The notes under the pieces: model-generated
Database searches by the model: none
What the model was told of the DNA's origin: nothing
What the model saw: the letters and a program-made list of their open reading frames with translations, nothing else
In this document: positions 22,279 through 35,407 of the stretch, piece by piece
Position numbering within the stretch: the first letter of the stretch is position 1
Layout: each line of letters opens with the position of its first letter
Made by a program: the position numbers and the translations under genes
Source of the DNA: Somniosus microcephalus
Lineage: Eukaryota
Length of the DNA: 64,000 bases
NCBI GenBank assembly: GCA_052327205.1
Contig: CM126207.1
Coordinates: 279,682,001 to 279,746,000 of the forward strand
Direction: 5' to 3'

Positions 22279-25200
22279 ACAGACCCTGTACACTGACCCT
22301 GTACACAGACCCTGTACACCGACCCTGTAAACAGACCCTGTACAACGACCCTGTACACAGACCCTGTACACTGACCCTGTACACGGACCCCGTACACGGA
22401 CCCCGCACACGGACCCCGCACACGGACCCCGCACACGGACCCCGCACGCTAACCCTGTACACAGCCCCAGTACATGGAACCTGTACATGGATCCTGTACA
22501 TGGACCCTGTACACAGACCCTGTACACTTACCCTGCACACTGACTCTGTACACAGACACTTTACACAGATCCTGTATACAGACACTTTACACAGACCCTG
22601 TACACTGACCCTGTACACGGACCATGTACATGGACCCAGTACACGGGCCTTGTACACGGACCCTGTACACGGACCCAGTACACGGACCCTGTACACGGAC
22701 GCTGTACACGGACCCTGTACACGGACCCTGTACACTGACCCTGTATAATGACCCTGTACACTGACCCTGTACATGGACCCTGTACACAGACCCTGTACAC
22801 TGACCCTGTACACAGACCCTGTACACTGACCCTGTGCACTGAACCTGTACACTGACCCTGTACACTGACCCTGTACATGGACCCTGTACACAGACCCTGT
22901 ACACAGACCCAGTACACAGACACTTTACACAGACCCTGTACACAGACACTTTACACAGACCCTGTACACAGACCCAGTACACGGACCCTCTACACGGACC
23001 CTGCACACGGACCTAGTACACGGACCCTGCACTCAGACCCAGTACACTGACCTGTACACAGACCCTGTACACTGACCCTGTACACGGACCCTGTACACTG
23101 ACCCTGTACACAGACTCTGTACACAGACCCAGTACATGGACCCTGTACACAGATCCTGTACATAGACCCTGTACACAGGCACTTTACTCAGACCCTGTAC
23201 ACAGACACTTTACACAGGCCCTGTACACTGACCCTGTACACAGATCCTGTACACAGACCATGTACATAGACCCTGTACACAGACCCTGTACACGGATCCT
23301 GTACACAGACCCTGTACACAGATCCTGTACATGGACCCTGTACACGGACCCTGTACACAGACCCTGTACACGGACCCTGCACACTGGCCCAGTACACGGA
23401 CCTTGCACACGGACCTTGTACACGGACCCTGTACACGGACACTGCACACTGACCCAGTACATGGACCCTGCACCTGGACCCTGTACAAGGACCCTATACA
23501 CTGACCCTGTACACGGAACCTGTACACGGATACTGCGCACTGACCCTGTACACTGACCCTGTGCACTGAACCTGTACACTGACCCTGTACACTGACCCTG
23601 TACATGGACCCTGTACACAGACCCTGTACACAGACCCAGTACACAGACACTTTACACAGACCCTGTACACAGACACTTTACACAGACCCTGTACACTGAC
23701 CCAGTACACAGACACTTTACACAGACCCTGTACACAGACACTTTACACAGACCCTGTACACTGACCCTGTACACGGACCCTGTACACAGACCCTGTACAC
23801 AGACCCAGTACACAGACACTTTACACAGACCCTGTACACAGACCCTGTACAGGGACCCTGTACACTGACCCTGCACACGGACCCTGTACACTGACCCTGC
23901 ACACGGACCCTGTACACTGACCCTGCACACGGACCCTGTACACGGACCCTGTACACAGATCCTGTACACGGACCCTGTACACAGATCCTGTACACGGACC
24001 CTGTACACAGACCCTGTACACTGACCCTGCACACAGACCATGTACACTGACGCTGCACATAGACCATGTACACTGACCCTGTACACGGACCCTGTACACG
24101 GGCCCTGTACACGGACCCTGTACACAGATCCTGTACACGGACCCTGTACACACACCCTGTACACAGACCCTGTACACGGACCCTGCACACAGACCCAGTA
24201 CACAGACCCTGTACACAGACCCAGTAAACTGACCCTGTACATGGACCCAACACGGACCCTGTACACGGACCCAGTACACGGGCCCTGTACACGGACCCTG
24301 TACACGGACCATGTACACGCACCCTGTACACTGACCCTGTACACAGACTCTGGACACAGACCCTGTACACGGACCCTGTACACAGACCCAGTACACCGAC
24401 CCTCTACACGGATCATTTACACGAACCCAGTACACGGGCCCTGTACACAGACCCTGTACACGGACCCTGTACACAGACCCTGTACACAGACCCTGTACAC
24501 AGACCATGTACACAGACCCAGTACACGGACCCTCTACACGGACCCTGCAGACGGACCTAGTACACGGACCCTGCACTCAGACCCTGTCCACTGACCCTGT
24601 ACACAGACCCTGTACACGGACCCTGTACACTGACCCTGCACACAGACCCTGTACACAGACCCAGTACATGGACCCTGTACACAGATCCTGTACATAGGGC
24701 CTGTATACAGACACTTTACACAGACCCTGTACACAGACACTTCACACAGACCCTGTACACTGACCCTGTACACAGATCCTGTACACAGACCATGTACACA
24801 GACCCTGTACACGGACCCTGCACACTGACCCAGTACACGGACCTTGCACACGGACCTTGTACACGGACACTGTACACGGACCCTGTACACTGACCCAGTA
24901 CATGAACTCTGTGCACTGACCCTGTGCACTGACCCTGTGCACTGAACCTGTACACTGACCCTGTACACTGACCCTGTACACAGACCCTGTACACAGACCC
25001 AGTACACAGACACTTTACACAGACCCTGTACACAGACCATGTACACGGGCCCTGTACACGGACCCTGTACACGGATCCTGTACATGGACCCTGTACACAG
25101 ACCCTGTACACAGACACTTTACACAGACCCTGTACACAGACCATGTACACAGACCCTGTACACGGACCCTGTACACGGACCCTGTACACTGACCCTGCAC

Positions 25201-27231
25201 ACAGACCATGTACACTGACCCTGCACATAGACCATGTACACTGACCCTGTACACGGACCCAGTACACAGACCCTCTACATGGACCGTGTGCATGGACCCA
25301 GTACACAGGCCCTGTACACGGACCCTGTACATGGACCCTGTACACTGACCCTGTACACTGACCCTGTAAACTGACCCTGTACATGGACCCTGTACACAGA
25401 CCCTGTACACTGACCCTGTACACGGACCCTGTACACGGATCCTGTACACGGACCCTGTACACACACCCTGTACACAAACCCTGTACACAGACCCTGTACA
25501 CACACCCTGTACACAGACCCTGTACATGGACCCTGCACACAGACCATGTACACTGACCCAGTACACGGACCCAGTACACCGACCCTTTACACGGACCGTG
25601 TACACGGACCCAGTACACGGGCCCTGTACACGGACCCTGTACACGGACCCTGTACACGGACCCTGTACACGGACCCTGTACACTGACCCTGCACACGGAC
25701 CCTGTACACAGACCCTGCACAAGGACCCTGTACACAGACTCTGTGCACAGACCCTGTACATGGACCCTGCACACAGACCATGTACACTGACCCAGTACAT
25801 GGACCCAGTACACCGACCCTTTACACGGACCCTGTACACGGACCCTGTACATGGACCCTGTACACAGACCCTGCACACGGACCCTGTACACAGACCCTGC
25901 ACAAGGACCATGTATACAGACCCTGTACACAGACCCTGTACACAGACCCTATACACAGATGCAGTATGTGGACGCTGTACACAATCCTGTACACAGACCC
26001 TGTACACAGACACTTCACACAGACCCTGTACACTGACCATGTACACAGACCCTGTACACGGACCCTGCACACTGACCCAGTACACGGACCTTGCACACGG
26101 ACCTTGTACACGGACACTGTACACGGACCCTGTACACTGACCCAGTACATGAACTCTGTGCACTGACCCTGTACACTGACCCTGTGCACTGAACCTGTAC
26201 ACTGACCCTGTGCACTGACCCTGTACACTGACCCTGTACACTGACCCTGTACACTGACCCTGTACACAGACCCTGTACACAGACCCAGTACACAGACCCT
26301 GTACACAGACCATGTACACAGGCCCTGTACACGGACCCTGTACACGGATCCTGTACATGGACCCTGTACACAGACCCTGTACAGGGACCCTGTACACTGA
26401 CCCTGCACACGGACCCTGTACATGGACCCTGTACACGGATCCTGTACATGGACCCTGTACACACACCCTGTACACAGACCCAGTACACGGACCCAGTACA
26501 CCGACCCTTTACACGGACTGTGTACACGGACCCAGTACACGGGCCCTGTACACGGACCCTGTACACGGACCCTGTACACGGACCCTGTACACTGACCCTG
26601 TACACAGACCCTTTACATGGACCCTGTACACAGACCCTGTACACTGACCCTGTACACTGACCCTGTCCAAGGACCCTGTACACGAACCCTGTACACAGGC
26701 CCTGTACACGGACCCTGTACATGGACCTTGTACACAGACCCTGCACACGGACCCTGTACACAGACCCTGCACAAGGACCCTGTACACAGACTCTGTGCAC
26801 AGACCCTGTACATGGACCATGTATACAGACCCTGTACACAGACCTTGTACACAGACCCTATACACAGATGCAGTAGGTGGACGCTGTACACAATCCTGTA
26901 CACTGACCCTGTACATAGACCCTGTACACGGACCCTGTACATAGACCCAGTATGCGGACCCTGTACACAGACCCTGTGCACAGACCCTGTACACGGACCC
27001 TGCACACGGATCCTGTACACTGACCCTGTACACTGACCCTGCACACAGATCCTGTACACGGACCCTGCACATGGACCCTGTACACGGACCCTGTACAAGG
27101 ACCCTGTACACGGACCCTGTGCACTGACCCTGTACACGGACCCTGTACACCACCCTGTGCACTGACCCTGTACACGGACCCTGTACACGGACCCTGTGCA
27201 CTGACCTTGTACACAGACCCTGTACACGGAC
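22276..27231 (+). repeat. 13-bp satellite GACCCTGTACAC[A/G/T], left part
   Basis: Seen directly; about 380 units. Confidence 0.97.
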
Positions 27232-27595
27232 TGATATACCTATCAATTCATCCAATGAAAAGCGACGAGTTAGGAAAGTAACTATAGGTTTTTATTGGCT
27301 AAATAACAGAGCCCACCCTCGTGGGTGATCGGATACAACAAGGAGGAATGCCAGCCAGTCGACTACCTTTATACCTGGGCAGGTAGGTGGAGTCATGGGC
27401 GGAGTCAGCAGTGGTCAGCCCAGGTATATCAGCGTGACAAGAGGCGACCTCGTATAGTGATACAACAGTGTGAACAGTGATAACCATAGAGTAACGATAT
27501 AACAGTGATAACTATAGTGTAACGATAGTGAACGATAAAAGTGGTTTACCACATTCACCCCTTGTTTAGATTTGAGTCCGGCGGGGTGAAGTGTA

Positions 27596-30500
27596 CTACC
27601 AGTTCTGGTATGTCAGTCTGTCCGGAGGCCTCGTAAGCCTTTCTGATCGTCGCAGCGGCGGTGTTGCATTATCCGGTGTTAATGCTGGTGTCTGCGTGGT
27701 CGGCGAAGGCTCGTGGGGTTCCGGCATGCCATCTACCTTGGCTGGAATTGGGGGGGTGGTGGGGGGGGGGTGAAGGTGGTGTCTCCGGAGTGCCCGAGGG
27801 TGCGAGGTCTCGTAAGGAAACTGTGTCCTCCCGCCCGTCTGGGTATGCCACATAGGCGTACTGGGGGTTGGCGTGCAGGAGGTCCACCCTCTCGACCAGG
27901 GGGTCCGTTTTATGGGCCCTCACGTGCTTTCGCAGCAAGACGGGCCCCGGAGAGGTCAGCCAGGTTGGTAGCGTGGTCCCCGTAGTCGACTTCCTGGGGA
28001 AAACAAACATTCGTTCATGGGGGGTGGCGTTAATGGCAGTGCAAAGTAGTGACCGGGTGGAATGCAGCGCTGCCGGGAGGACTTCCTGCCAGCGGGAGGT
28101 TGGGAGGCCCTTAGACTTTAAGGCTAAGAGGACGGCCTTCCATACCGTCGCGTTCTCTCTTTCCACCTGGCCGTTCCCTCGGGGGTTGTAGCTGGTGGTC
28201 CTGCTTGCAGCAATACCTCTCGCTAGTAGGAACTGACGGAGTTCCTCGCTCATGAAGGAGGAGCCCCGGTCGCTATGTATATAGTTTGGGAACCCGAACA
28301 AGGCGAAGAGGTCGTTCAGGCATTTAATGACCGTGGTACTGGTCATGTCTGGGCAGGGGAAGGCAAAGGGGAAACGGGAGTACTCATCGACAATGTTGAG
28401 GAAGTACACATTACGGTCAGAGGACGGGAGGGGCCCCTTAAAGTCGATGCTCAGGCGCTCGAAGGGGCGGGTGGCCTTGATCAGGCTTGCTCTGTCCGGC
28501 CTAAAGAAGTGCGGTTTGCACTCGGCACAGGTCTGGCAGTTCCTGGTCGTGGTCCTGACCTCCTCGATGGAGTAGGGCAGGTTGCGGGCCTTAATGAAGT
28601 GGTAAAGTCTGGTGACCCCGGGGTGGCAGAGGTCGTTGTGGAGGGTCTGAAGTCTATCACTTTGCGCGCTGGCGCATGTAATTCGTGACAGAGCATCGGG
28701 GGGTTCGTTCAGCTTACCTGGCCGGTACAAGATATCATAATCATAGGTGGAGAGCTCGATTCTCCACCTCAAGATCTTGTCATTCTTGATTTTGCCCCTC
28801 AGCTTGTTATTAAACATAAAAGCGACCGAACGTTGGTCGGTGAGGAGGGTAAATCGTTTGCCTGCCAGGTAGTGCCTCCAGCGTCGTACCGCCTCCACAA
28901 TCGCCTGGGCCTCCTTCTCGACCGACGAGTGTCGGATCTCAGGGCCCTGTAGGGTCCTTGAGAAGAAGGCCACCGGTCTCCCCTCCTGGTTAAGGGTGGC
29001 GGCTAGGGCGAAGTCGGATGCATCGCTCTCGACTTGGAAGGGGATGGACTCATCCACTGCGTGCATTGTGGCCTTGGCAATGTCTCCCTTAATGAGGGAG
29101 AAGGCTGCGCACGCTTCCTCCGTAAAGGGGAAGGATGTGGACTTCATGAGGGGTCTGGCTTTGTCCGCATAATTGGGCATCCATTGGGCATAGTAGGCGA
29201 AGAGCCCCAGGGTTCTCTTCAGTGCCTTTGGACAGTGGGGGAGGGGTAGCTCCATGAGGGGGCGCATTCTTTCGGGGTCGGGGCCGATGACTCCGTTCTC
29301 TACTACACAGCCGAGGATGGCAAGGCGCGAGGTGTTAAACACACATTTATCCTTATTGTAGGTGAGGTTCAGCCGTTGGGCCGTACGGAGGAATCTCTCC
29401 AGATTAACATCGTGGTCCTGCCGGTCGCGGCCGCAGATGGTGACGTTATCTAGATAGGGGAACGTGGCGTGCAGCCCGTTCTGGTCAACCATCCGGTCCA
29501 TTTCCCTTTGGAAGACCGAAACCCCGTTGGTGACGCCGAAGGGAACCCTAAGGAAGTGGTAGAGGCGGCCGTTCGCCTCGAAGGCTGTATACTGGCGGTC
29601 CTCAGGGCGGATAGGGAGTTGGTGATAGGCCGACTTAAGGTCGATGGTGGAGAATACCCGGTACTGCGCAATCTGATTGACCATATCAGATATGCGGGGA
29701 AGGGGGTATGCGTCCAGCTGGGTGTACCTGTTTATGGTCTGGCTGTAGTCGATGACCAGGCGGTTTTTATTGCCGGTCTTAACGACCACGACCTGGGCAC
29801 GCCAGGGGCTGGTGCTCCCCTCGATGATGCCCTCCTTCAGGAGACGCTGCACCTCAGAGCTAATGAAAGCTCTGTCCCCGGCGCTGTACCGCCTGCTCTT
29901 GGTAGCGACGGGTTTGCAGTCGGGGGTGAGGTTAGCGAACAGGGAAGGTGGCGGGACCTTAAGGGTGGATAGGCCGCAGGTGTTACGCGGTGGGCGGTTT
30001 AAAATCTGCTGGTTGTCGACTGTGAGTGGGAGGAGGGGTCCGCCGTATGCTAGCGTGACGCTTTGGAGGTGGGATTGGAAGTCTAGGCCTAGTAGGACGG
30101 CAGCGCATAGCTGGGGCAAGACGAGGAGTTTAAAATTTTTATACTCCGTACCCTTAACCGACAGGGTCACAACACAATAGCCGCTGATGTCTGTGGCGTG
30201 TGACCTCGATGCCATCGAGATCCGGTTGCGCGTTGGCAGGACAGGGAGGGAGTAGTGGCTCACCATGTCTGGGTGGATGAAGCTCTCCGTGCTTCCGCTG
30301 TCGAACAGGCAGGTCGTGGCGTGGCCGTTTACTTTGATGTCCATCATCGACTTGGACAGGTGATGCGGGCGGGCCTGGTCCAGTGTGACGGAGGCTAGTG
30401 TATAGCTGAGCGAGTTGTTGTAGTCTGCGGCTGAGGCGGTAGTCGGGTCTAGAGGCACGGTGGCGGTCGGGCGTGGTGGGTAAAATGGCGTCTCCCACGA

Positions 30501-32248
30501 GGTTGGACAAAATGGCGGAGAAGATGGCTGCCCCCATAACTCACATGAGGCACTGCTGGTGTCGGTTGCCTGGATCAAAGATGGCCGCCCCCATGACTCA
30601 CGTGTGGGGATGCTGGCCTCTGTGGCCTTGATGGAAGATGGCCGCCCCCACAGCTCGCATGAGGCACTGCTGGCCTCTGATGATCCACCTCTGCAGGCCT
30701 TGGCGAAGTGGCCTTTCTTCATGCAGTTTGAGCAGGTAGAGTTCCTGGCTGGGCAGCGCGCCCTCGGGTGTTTCGCCTGGCCGCAGAAGAAGCAGCCGGC
30801 GGCCCGATCGCGGGGGTCAGAGGTCGCAGCCGGTACCGGGGGTGGCGGTCCCGATCGGCTCCGGGACGCCGACGCTGAGGTAGGTCCCGGGGGGGGTGCT
30901 GCGGGGGGTATTGGGGTCGGTCCCGAGTCCCAGGGTCGCAGGTTACAGTACCTTGAGTATGCCTCGAGGTCCCGATGGGCCACTTCTAGGGAGCGAGCGA
31001 GGGCTGCAGCTTTGTCCAGGTCGAGGTCCTTTGCTTCCAGCAGTCTTTGCCGTGAGTAGTCGGACCGCAGGCCTTTCACGAAGGCATCGCGGACATTGTC
31101 TTCAGTATTTTCTGCCGCCGTTACCGCTTTAAAGTTACAGGCCTAGAAATTGGGTTTTGGCTTAGCCAGGGCTTTAGCGCCGGAAGTTAGTGCCGGCGCT
31201 AAGTCCCCCTGCGCGCGCCAAAAATTCAGCAGGGCCGCGCCCAAACGGCTGCCGGAGCTACTGAAGGGTCTTTGCGGCGGTAAATCGGCGCTAACTGCCG
31301 TTTCGTGCCGCAATTCCAGCGCTGCGGCACCCGATGCGGTGCGGCAGGCTCGGGAAGTGCAGGCCTCCTCCTTCCGTTAAGGAGGAGCTGCCTGCACCCG
31401 GCCGCGGCCCGCGCAAATCTGTCTAAAAATGAGCCCGGCACCTCGGACAAGTGCCGGGCTTGCATCTGTTCCGGGGGGTGGGGGGGAGAAGTCCGGGGAG
31501 GGAGCTGCGGGCAGGCGGCCGGCGGGAAAGCGGCCGGCCGCCGCGGGGCCTTTAATGCGCCGGCGCAAACTCATGCAAGACTCTGTTGCCAGAGTCTTAG
31601 TTGCGGCTGCCACGGGCGAGGCGGCCGCAACTGAATTTCGGCGCTAGGGCCCGTCGGCATGGCAACCGGGACGCTGCGCACACCGATGACGTCATCGGTG
31701 CCGGCGCAGCGCTACCGGTGCAACGCCGATTTAGGGCCCCAGGGAATTTTTAAACTGGCCATAACTCTGGCGCTAGTCCCTCTTGCGCCTCAAAAGCGGC
31801 GCTAAGGCAACTGAATTTCTAGGCCACAGTCTCTGCCGAGTGCTTGCAGCACCTGTAAAAATTCATCCACGGTCTCTCCTGGCTGTTGCGGGTGGGATCT
31901 TAGGAGGTGTCTGGCATACATGGAATTTACCGGGCTCTGGTATTGTCTTTTCAGCCGGTTGATGGCGTCCTCATATGTTTTAAAGTCCCGGATGAGTGCG
32001 AATACTTTAGGGCTCAGTTGGGCGGTCAGAACTCTTAGCTTGGATCTCTGAGGCACGCCGGATTCTCCCAGGTAGGACTCGAAACAGCTCAGCCAGTGTT
32101 CGAAGTCGAGGGCTGAGTTTGCAGCCTGTGGGTTTAGATCCAGGTACGGTGGTCTGAGGGCTCGCAGCCAAGCTGGCTGCTGTGGCTGTTGTAGCTCGGC
32201 GTCTGGCTGGTCGTTTGACTGCTCGCTTTGCTGCTCAGGGAACGACAT
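27596..32248 (-). pseudogene. Gypsy D single gag-pol ORF, broken by a MITE and by a terminal G-run frameshift
   Basis: Removing the MITE and one TSD copy restores ...LGRDCNFKAVTAAENTEDNVRDAFVKGLRSDYSRQRLLE... Two zinc knuckles, LFDSGS, YLDNV, RNase H and integrase are present. Frameshift near 27770 relative to Gypsy A. Confidence 0.93.
31140..31825. mobile_element. Non-autonomous Harbinger MITE (686 bp)
   Basis: Same TIR GGCCTAGAAATT / AATTTCTAGGCC, 3-bp TSD ACA, GC-rich and non-coding. Confidence 0.93.
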
Positions 32249-32254
32249 TTTAAA

Positions 32255-32269
32255 ATTTAGCCAATAAAA
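32255..32269 (-). promoter_or_regulatory. Non-tRNA PBS-like site complementary to the element's own LTR
   Basis: TTTTATTGGCTAAAT 1 nt after the LTR end, an exact complement of LTR positions 32329-32343. Confidence 0.7.
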
Positions 32270-32592
32270 TTGATATACCTATCAATTCATCCAATGAAAA
32301 GCGACGAGTTAGAAAAGTAACTATAGGTTTTTATTGGCTAAATAACAGAGCCCACCCTTGTGGGTGATCGGATACAACAAGGAGGAATGCCAGCCAGTCG
32401 ACTACCTTTATACCTGGGCAGGTAGGTGGAGTCATGGGCGGAGTCAGCAGTGGTCAGCCCAGGTATATCAGCGTGACAAGAGGCGACCTCGTATAGTGAT
32501 ACAACAGTGTGAACAGTGATAACCATAGAGTAACGATATATCAGTGATAACTATAGTGTAACGATAGTGAACGATAAAAGTGGTTTACCACA

Positions 32593-33230
32593 CGGACCCT
32601 GTACATGGACTCTGTGCACAGACCCTGTACGCGGACCCTGTGCACTGACCCTGTACACGGACCCTGTACACGGACCCTGTGCACTGACCCTGTACACAGA
32701 CCCTGTACGCGGACCCTGTACGCGTACCCTGTACATGGACCCTGGGCACTGACCCTGTACACGGACCCTGTACACGGACCCTGTACACGGACCCTGTACG
32801 CGAACCCTGTACACAGACCCTGTGCACTGACCCTGTACACGGACCCTGTACACGGTCCCTGTACACGGACCCTGTACACGGGCCCTGTACACAGACCCTG
32901 TACACAGACCCTGTACACGGGCCCTGTACACAGACCCTGTACACAGACCCTGTACGCAGACCCTGTACACGGACCCTGTGCACTGACCCTGTACACGGAC
33001 CCTGTACATGGACCCTGTGCACTGACCCTGTACGCGGACCCTGTACACAGACCCTGTGCACTGACCCTGTGCACTGACCCTGTACACAGACCCTGTACGC
33101 GGACCCTGTACACGGACCTTGTGCACTGACCCTGTACGTGGACCCTGTGCACTGACCCTGTGCACTGACCCTATACACGCACCCTGTGCACTGACCCTGT
33201 ACACCGACCCTGTACACGAGCCCTGTACAA
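32593..33230 (+). repeat. 13-bp satellite, right part
   Basis: Continues after the TSD. Confidence 0.97.
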
Positions 33231-33619
33231 GAACCTGCTCCTCCCACAGTTTCTGTACGATTACTTCACTGTGGAATCTCCCTGATCTGCTTTATTCCCT
33301 GAGGGCGCTCGCTGACTAATCTCTGGCTCCAGTGAGTAAATCAATGCTTGGGAAGGCATTCCACCACGCACTATTTCCAGAGAGACTAAAATCTGACTCT
33401 TGGAAATACTGAACCAGGGTAGAGCTGGGAACCTACACAAAACACCGAGAACATCTCACCCAGTCACTACATCACAGACACCCGTCACCACATCGCTCAC
33501 CATCTCACCTACAACAAATCACCGTAAAGCACCGTCACTGTTGTTCTGTAGGATAAACACAGCAGCCATTCTGCACACAGCAAGATCCCACGAACAGCAC
33601 TGCAAGAAGCAGCAGTTAA

Positions 33620-35058
33620 TCTGACACTCCAGTGCAGTACTGAGGGAGCGCCGCACTGTCGGAGGGGCAGTACTGAGGGAGCGCTGCACTGTCAGAGGAG
33701 CAGTACTGAGGGAGCGCCGCACTGTCGGAGGGGCAGTACTGAGGGAGCGCCGCACTGTCGGAGGGGCAGTACTGAGGGAGCGCCGCACTGTCGGAGGGGC
33801 AGTACTGAGGGAGCGCCGCACTGTCAGAGGGGCAGTACTGAGGGAGCGCCGCACTGTCAGAGGGGCAGTACTGAGGGAGTGCTGCACTGTCGGAGGGGCA
33901 GTACTGAGGGAGCGCCGCACTGTCAGAGGGGCAGTACTGAGGGAGTGCTGCACTGTCGGAGGGGCAGTACTGAGGGAGCGCCGCACTGTCAGAGGGGCAG
34001 TACTGAGGGAGTGCCGCACTGTCGGTGGGGCAGTACTGATGGAGCGCTGCACTGTCGGAGGGGCAGTACTGAGGGAGCGCCGCACTGTCGGAGGGGCAGT
34101 ACTAAGGGAGTGCTGCACTGTCGGAGGGGCAGTACTGAGGGAGTGCTGCACTGTCGGAGGGGCAGTACTGAGGGAGCGCCGCACTGTCGGAGGGGCAGTA
34201 CTGAGGGAGTGCTGCACTGTCGGTGGGGCAGTACTGAGGGAGTGCCGCACTGTCGGTGGGGCAGTACTGAGGGAGTGCTGCACTGTCGGTGGGGCAGTAC
34301 TGAGGGAGTGCCGCACTGTCGGTGGGGCAGTACTGAGGGAGTGCTGCACTGTCAGAGGGGCAGTACTGAGGGAGCACGCACTGTCGGTGGGGCAGTACTG
34401 AGGGAGTGCTGCACTGTCGGAGGGGCAGTACTGAGGGAGCGCCGCACTGTCGGAGGGGCAGTACTGAGGGAGCGCCGCACTGTCAGAGGGGCAGTACTGA
34501 GGGAGCGCCGCACTGTCAGAGGGGCAGTACTGAGGGAGCGCCGCACTGTCGGAGGGGCAGTACTGAGGGAGCGCCGCACTGTCAGAGGGGCAGTACTGAG
34601 GGAGCGCCGCACTGTCGGTGGGGCAGTACTGAGGGAGCGCCGCACTGTCAGAGGGGCAGTACTGAGGGAGCGCTGCACTGTCAGAGGGGCAGTACTGAGG
34701 GAGCGCCGCACTGTCAGAGGGGCAGTACTGAGGGAGTGCTGCACTGTCGGAGGTGCCGTCTTACGGATGAGATGTTAAACCGAGGCCCCGTCTGGCGCCT
34801 CAGGTGGACGTAAAAGATTACAATACACTATTGGAAGAAGAGCAGGGGAGTTCTCCCCGGTGTCCTGGGGCCAATATTTATCCCTTAATCTATATCACTA
34901 AACCAGATGATCTGCTGATTATCACATTGCTGTTTGTGGGAGCTTGCTGTGTGCAAATTGGCTGCCGCGTTTCCCACATTACAACAGTGACTACACTTCA
35001 AAAAAAGTACTTCATTGGCTGTGAGGCGCTTTGGGACGTCCTGAGGTGGTGAAAGGTG
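33620..35058 (+). mobile_element. DeuSINE-like element with 33-bp minisatellite (33634-34750, about 34 copies)
   Basis: The last unit runs into GGAGGTGCCGTCTT...GGATGAGATGTTAAACCGAGG (Deu-like core) and then the tail. Confidence 0.85.
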
Positions 35059-35407
35059 ATTGTTTGATTGATTCATTCTTTCTTTCCATTTTGAATCCTT
35101 CAGGTTCTTCCTAATAGAGTGAGTCAGCAGAGCACTGGGATCGGTTCCACAAGGTGGTTAACATGTGGAACAATAACATCAATGCTCCAGGGAGACTGAC
35201 AGAGGTTGGAGACTGGGTGACGGGCCCCAGGTAGATTTCTTGCTGTGTCTCACATGAGTCGGCAGAGCGGAGACTGAGCGGCTCCAGTGAGCCTCTCACA
35301 CACCTGTCACAGCGCATGTGACTGACACCAGCATTGAACAACAGCATTTCTGTTCCTTTTACAACTTATGCATTTTGAGATTTCATTTATTCCTCCCTTC
35401 ATTACAG

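Larger units (their letters stand above)
27232..32592 (-). mobile_element. Full-length young Gypsy D (same group as A), inserted in the 13-bp satellite
   Basis: 322-bp LTRs at 27232-27553 and 32271-32592 with 3 differences seen. 5-bp TSD CGGAC. PPT at 27554-27567. Confidence 0.97.

Noticed and set aside
20242-27255. Long ORFs of 200-600 aa with Cys/Thr-rich repeats (also at 7.5-8.6, 32.5-36.4 and 37-52 kb)
   Set aside because: Stop-free translations of minisatellites, open in several frames on both strands; not genes.
27299-27487. Identical 62-aa ORFs at 27299 and 32338
   Set aside because: Incidental ORFs in the two LTR copies, with a non-ATG start and no recognisable domain.
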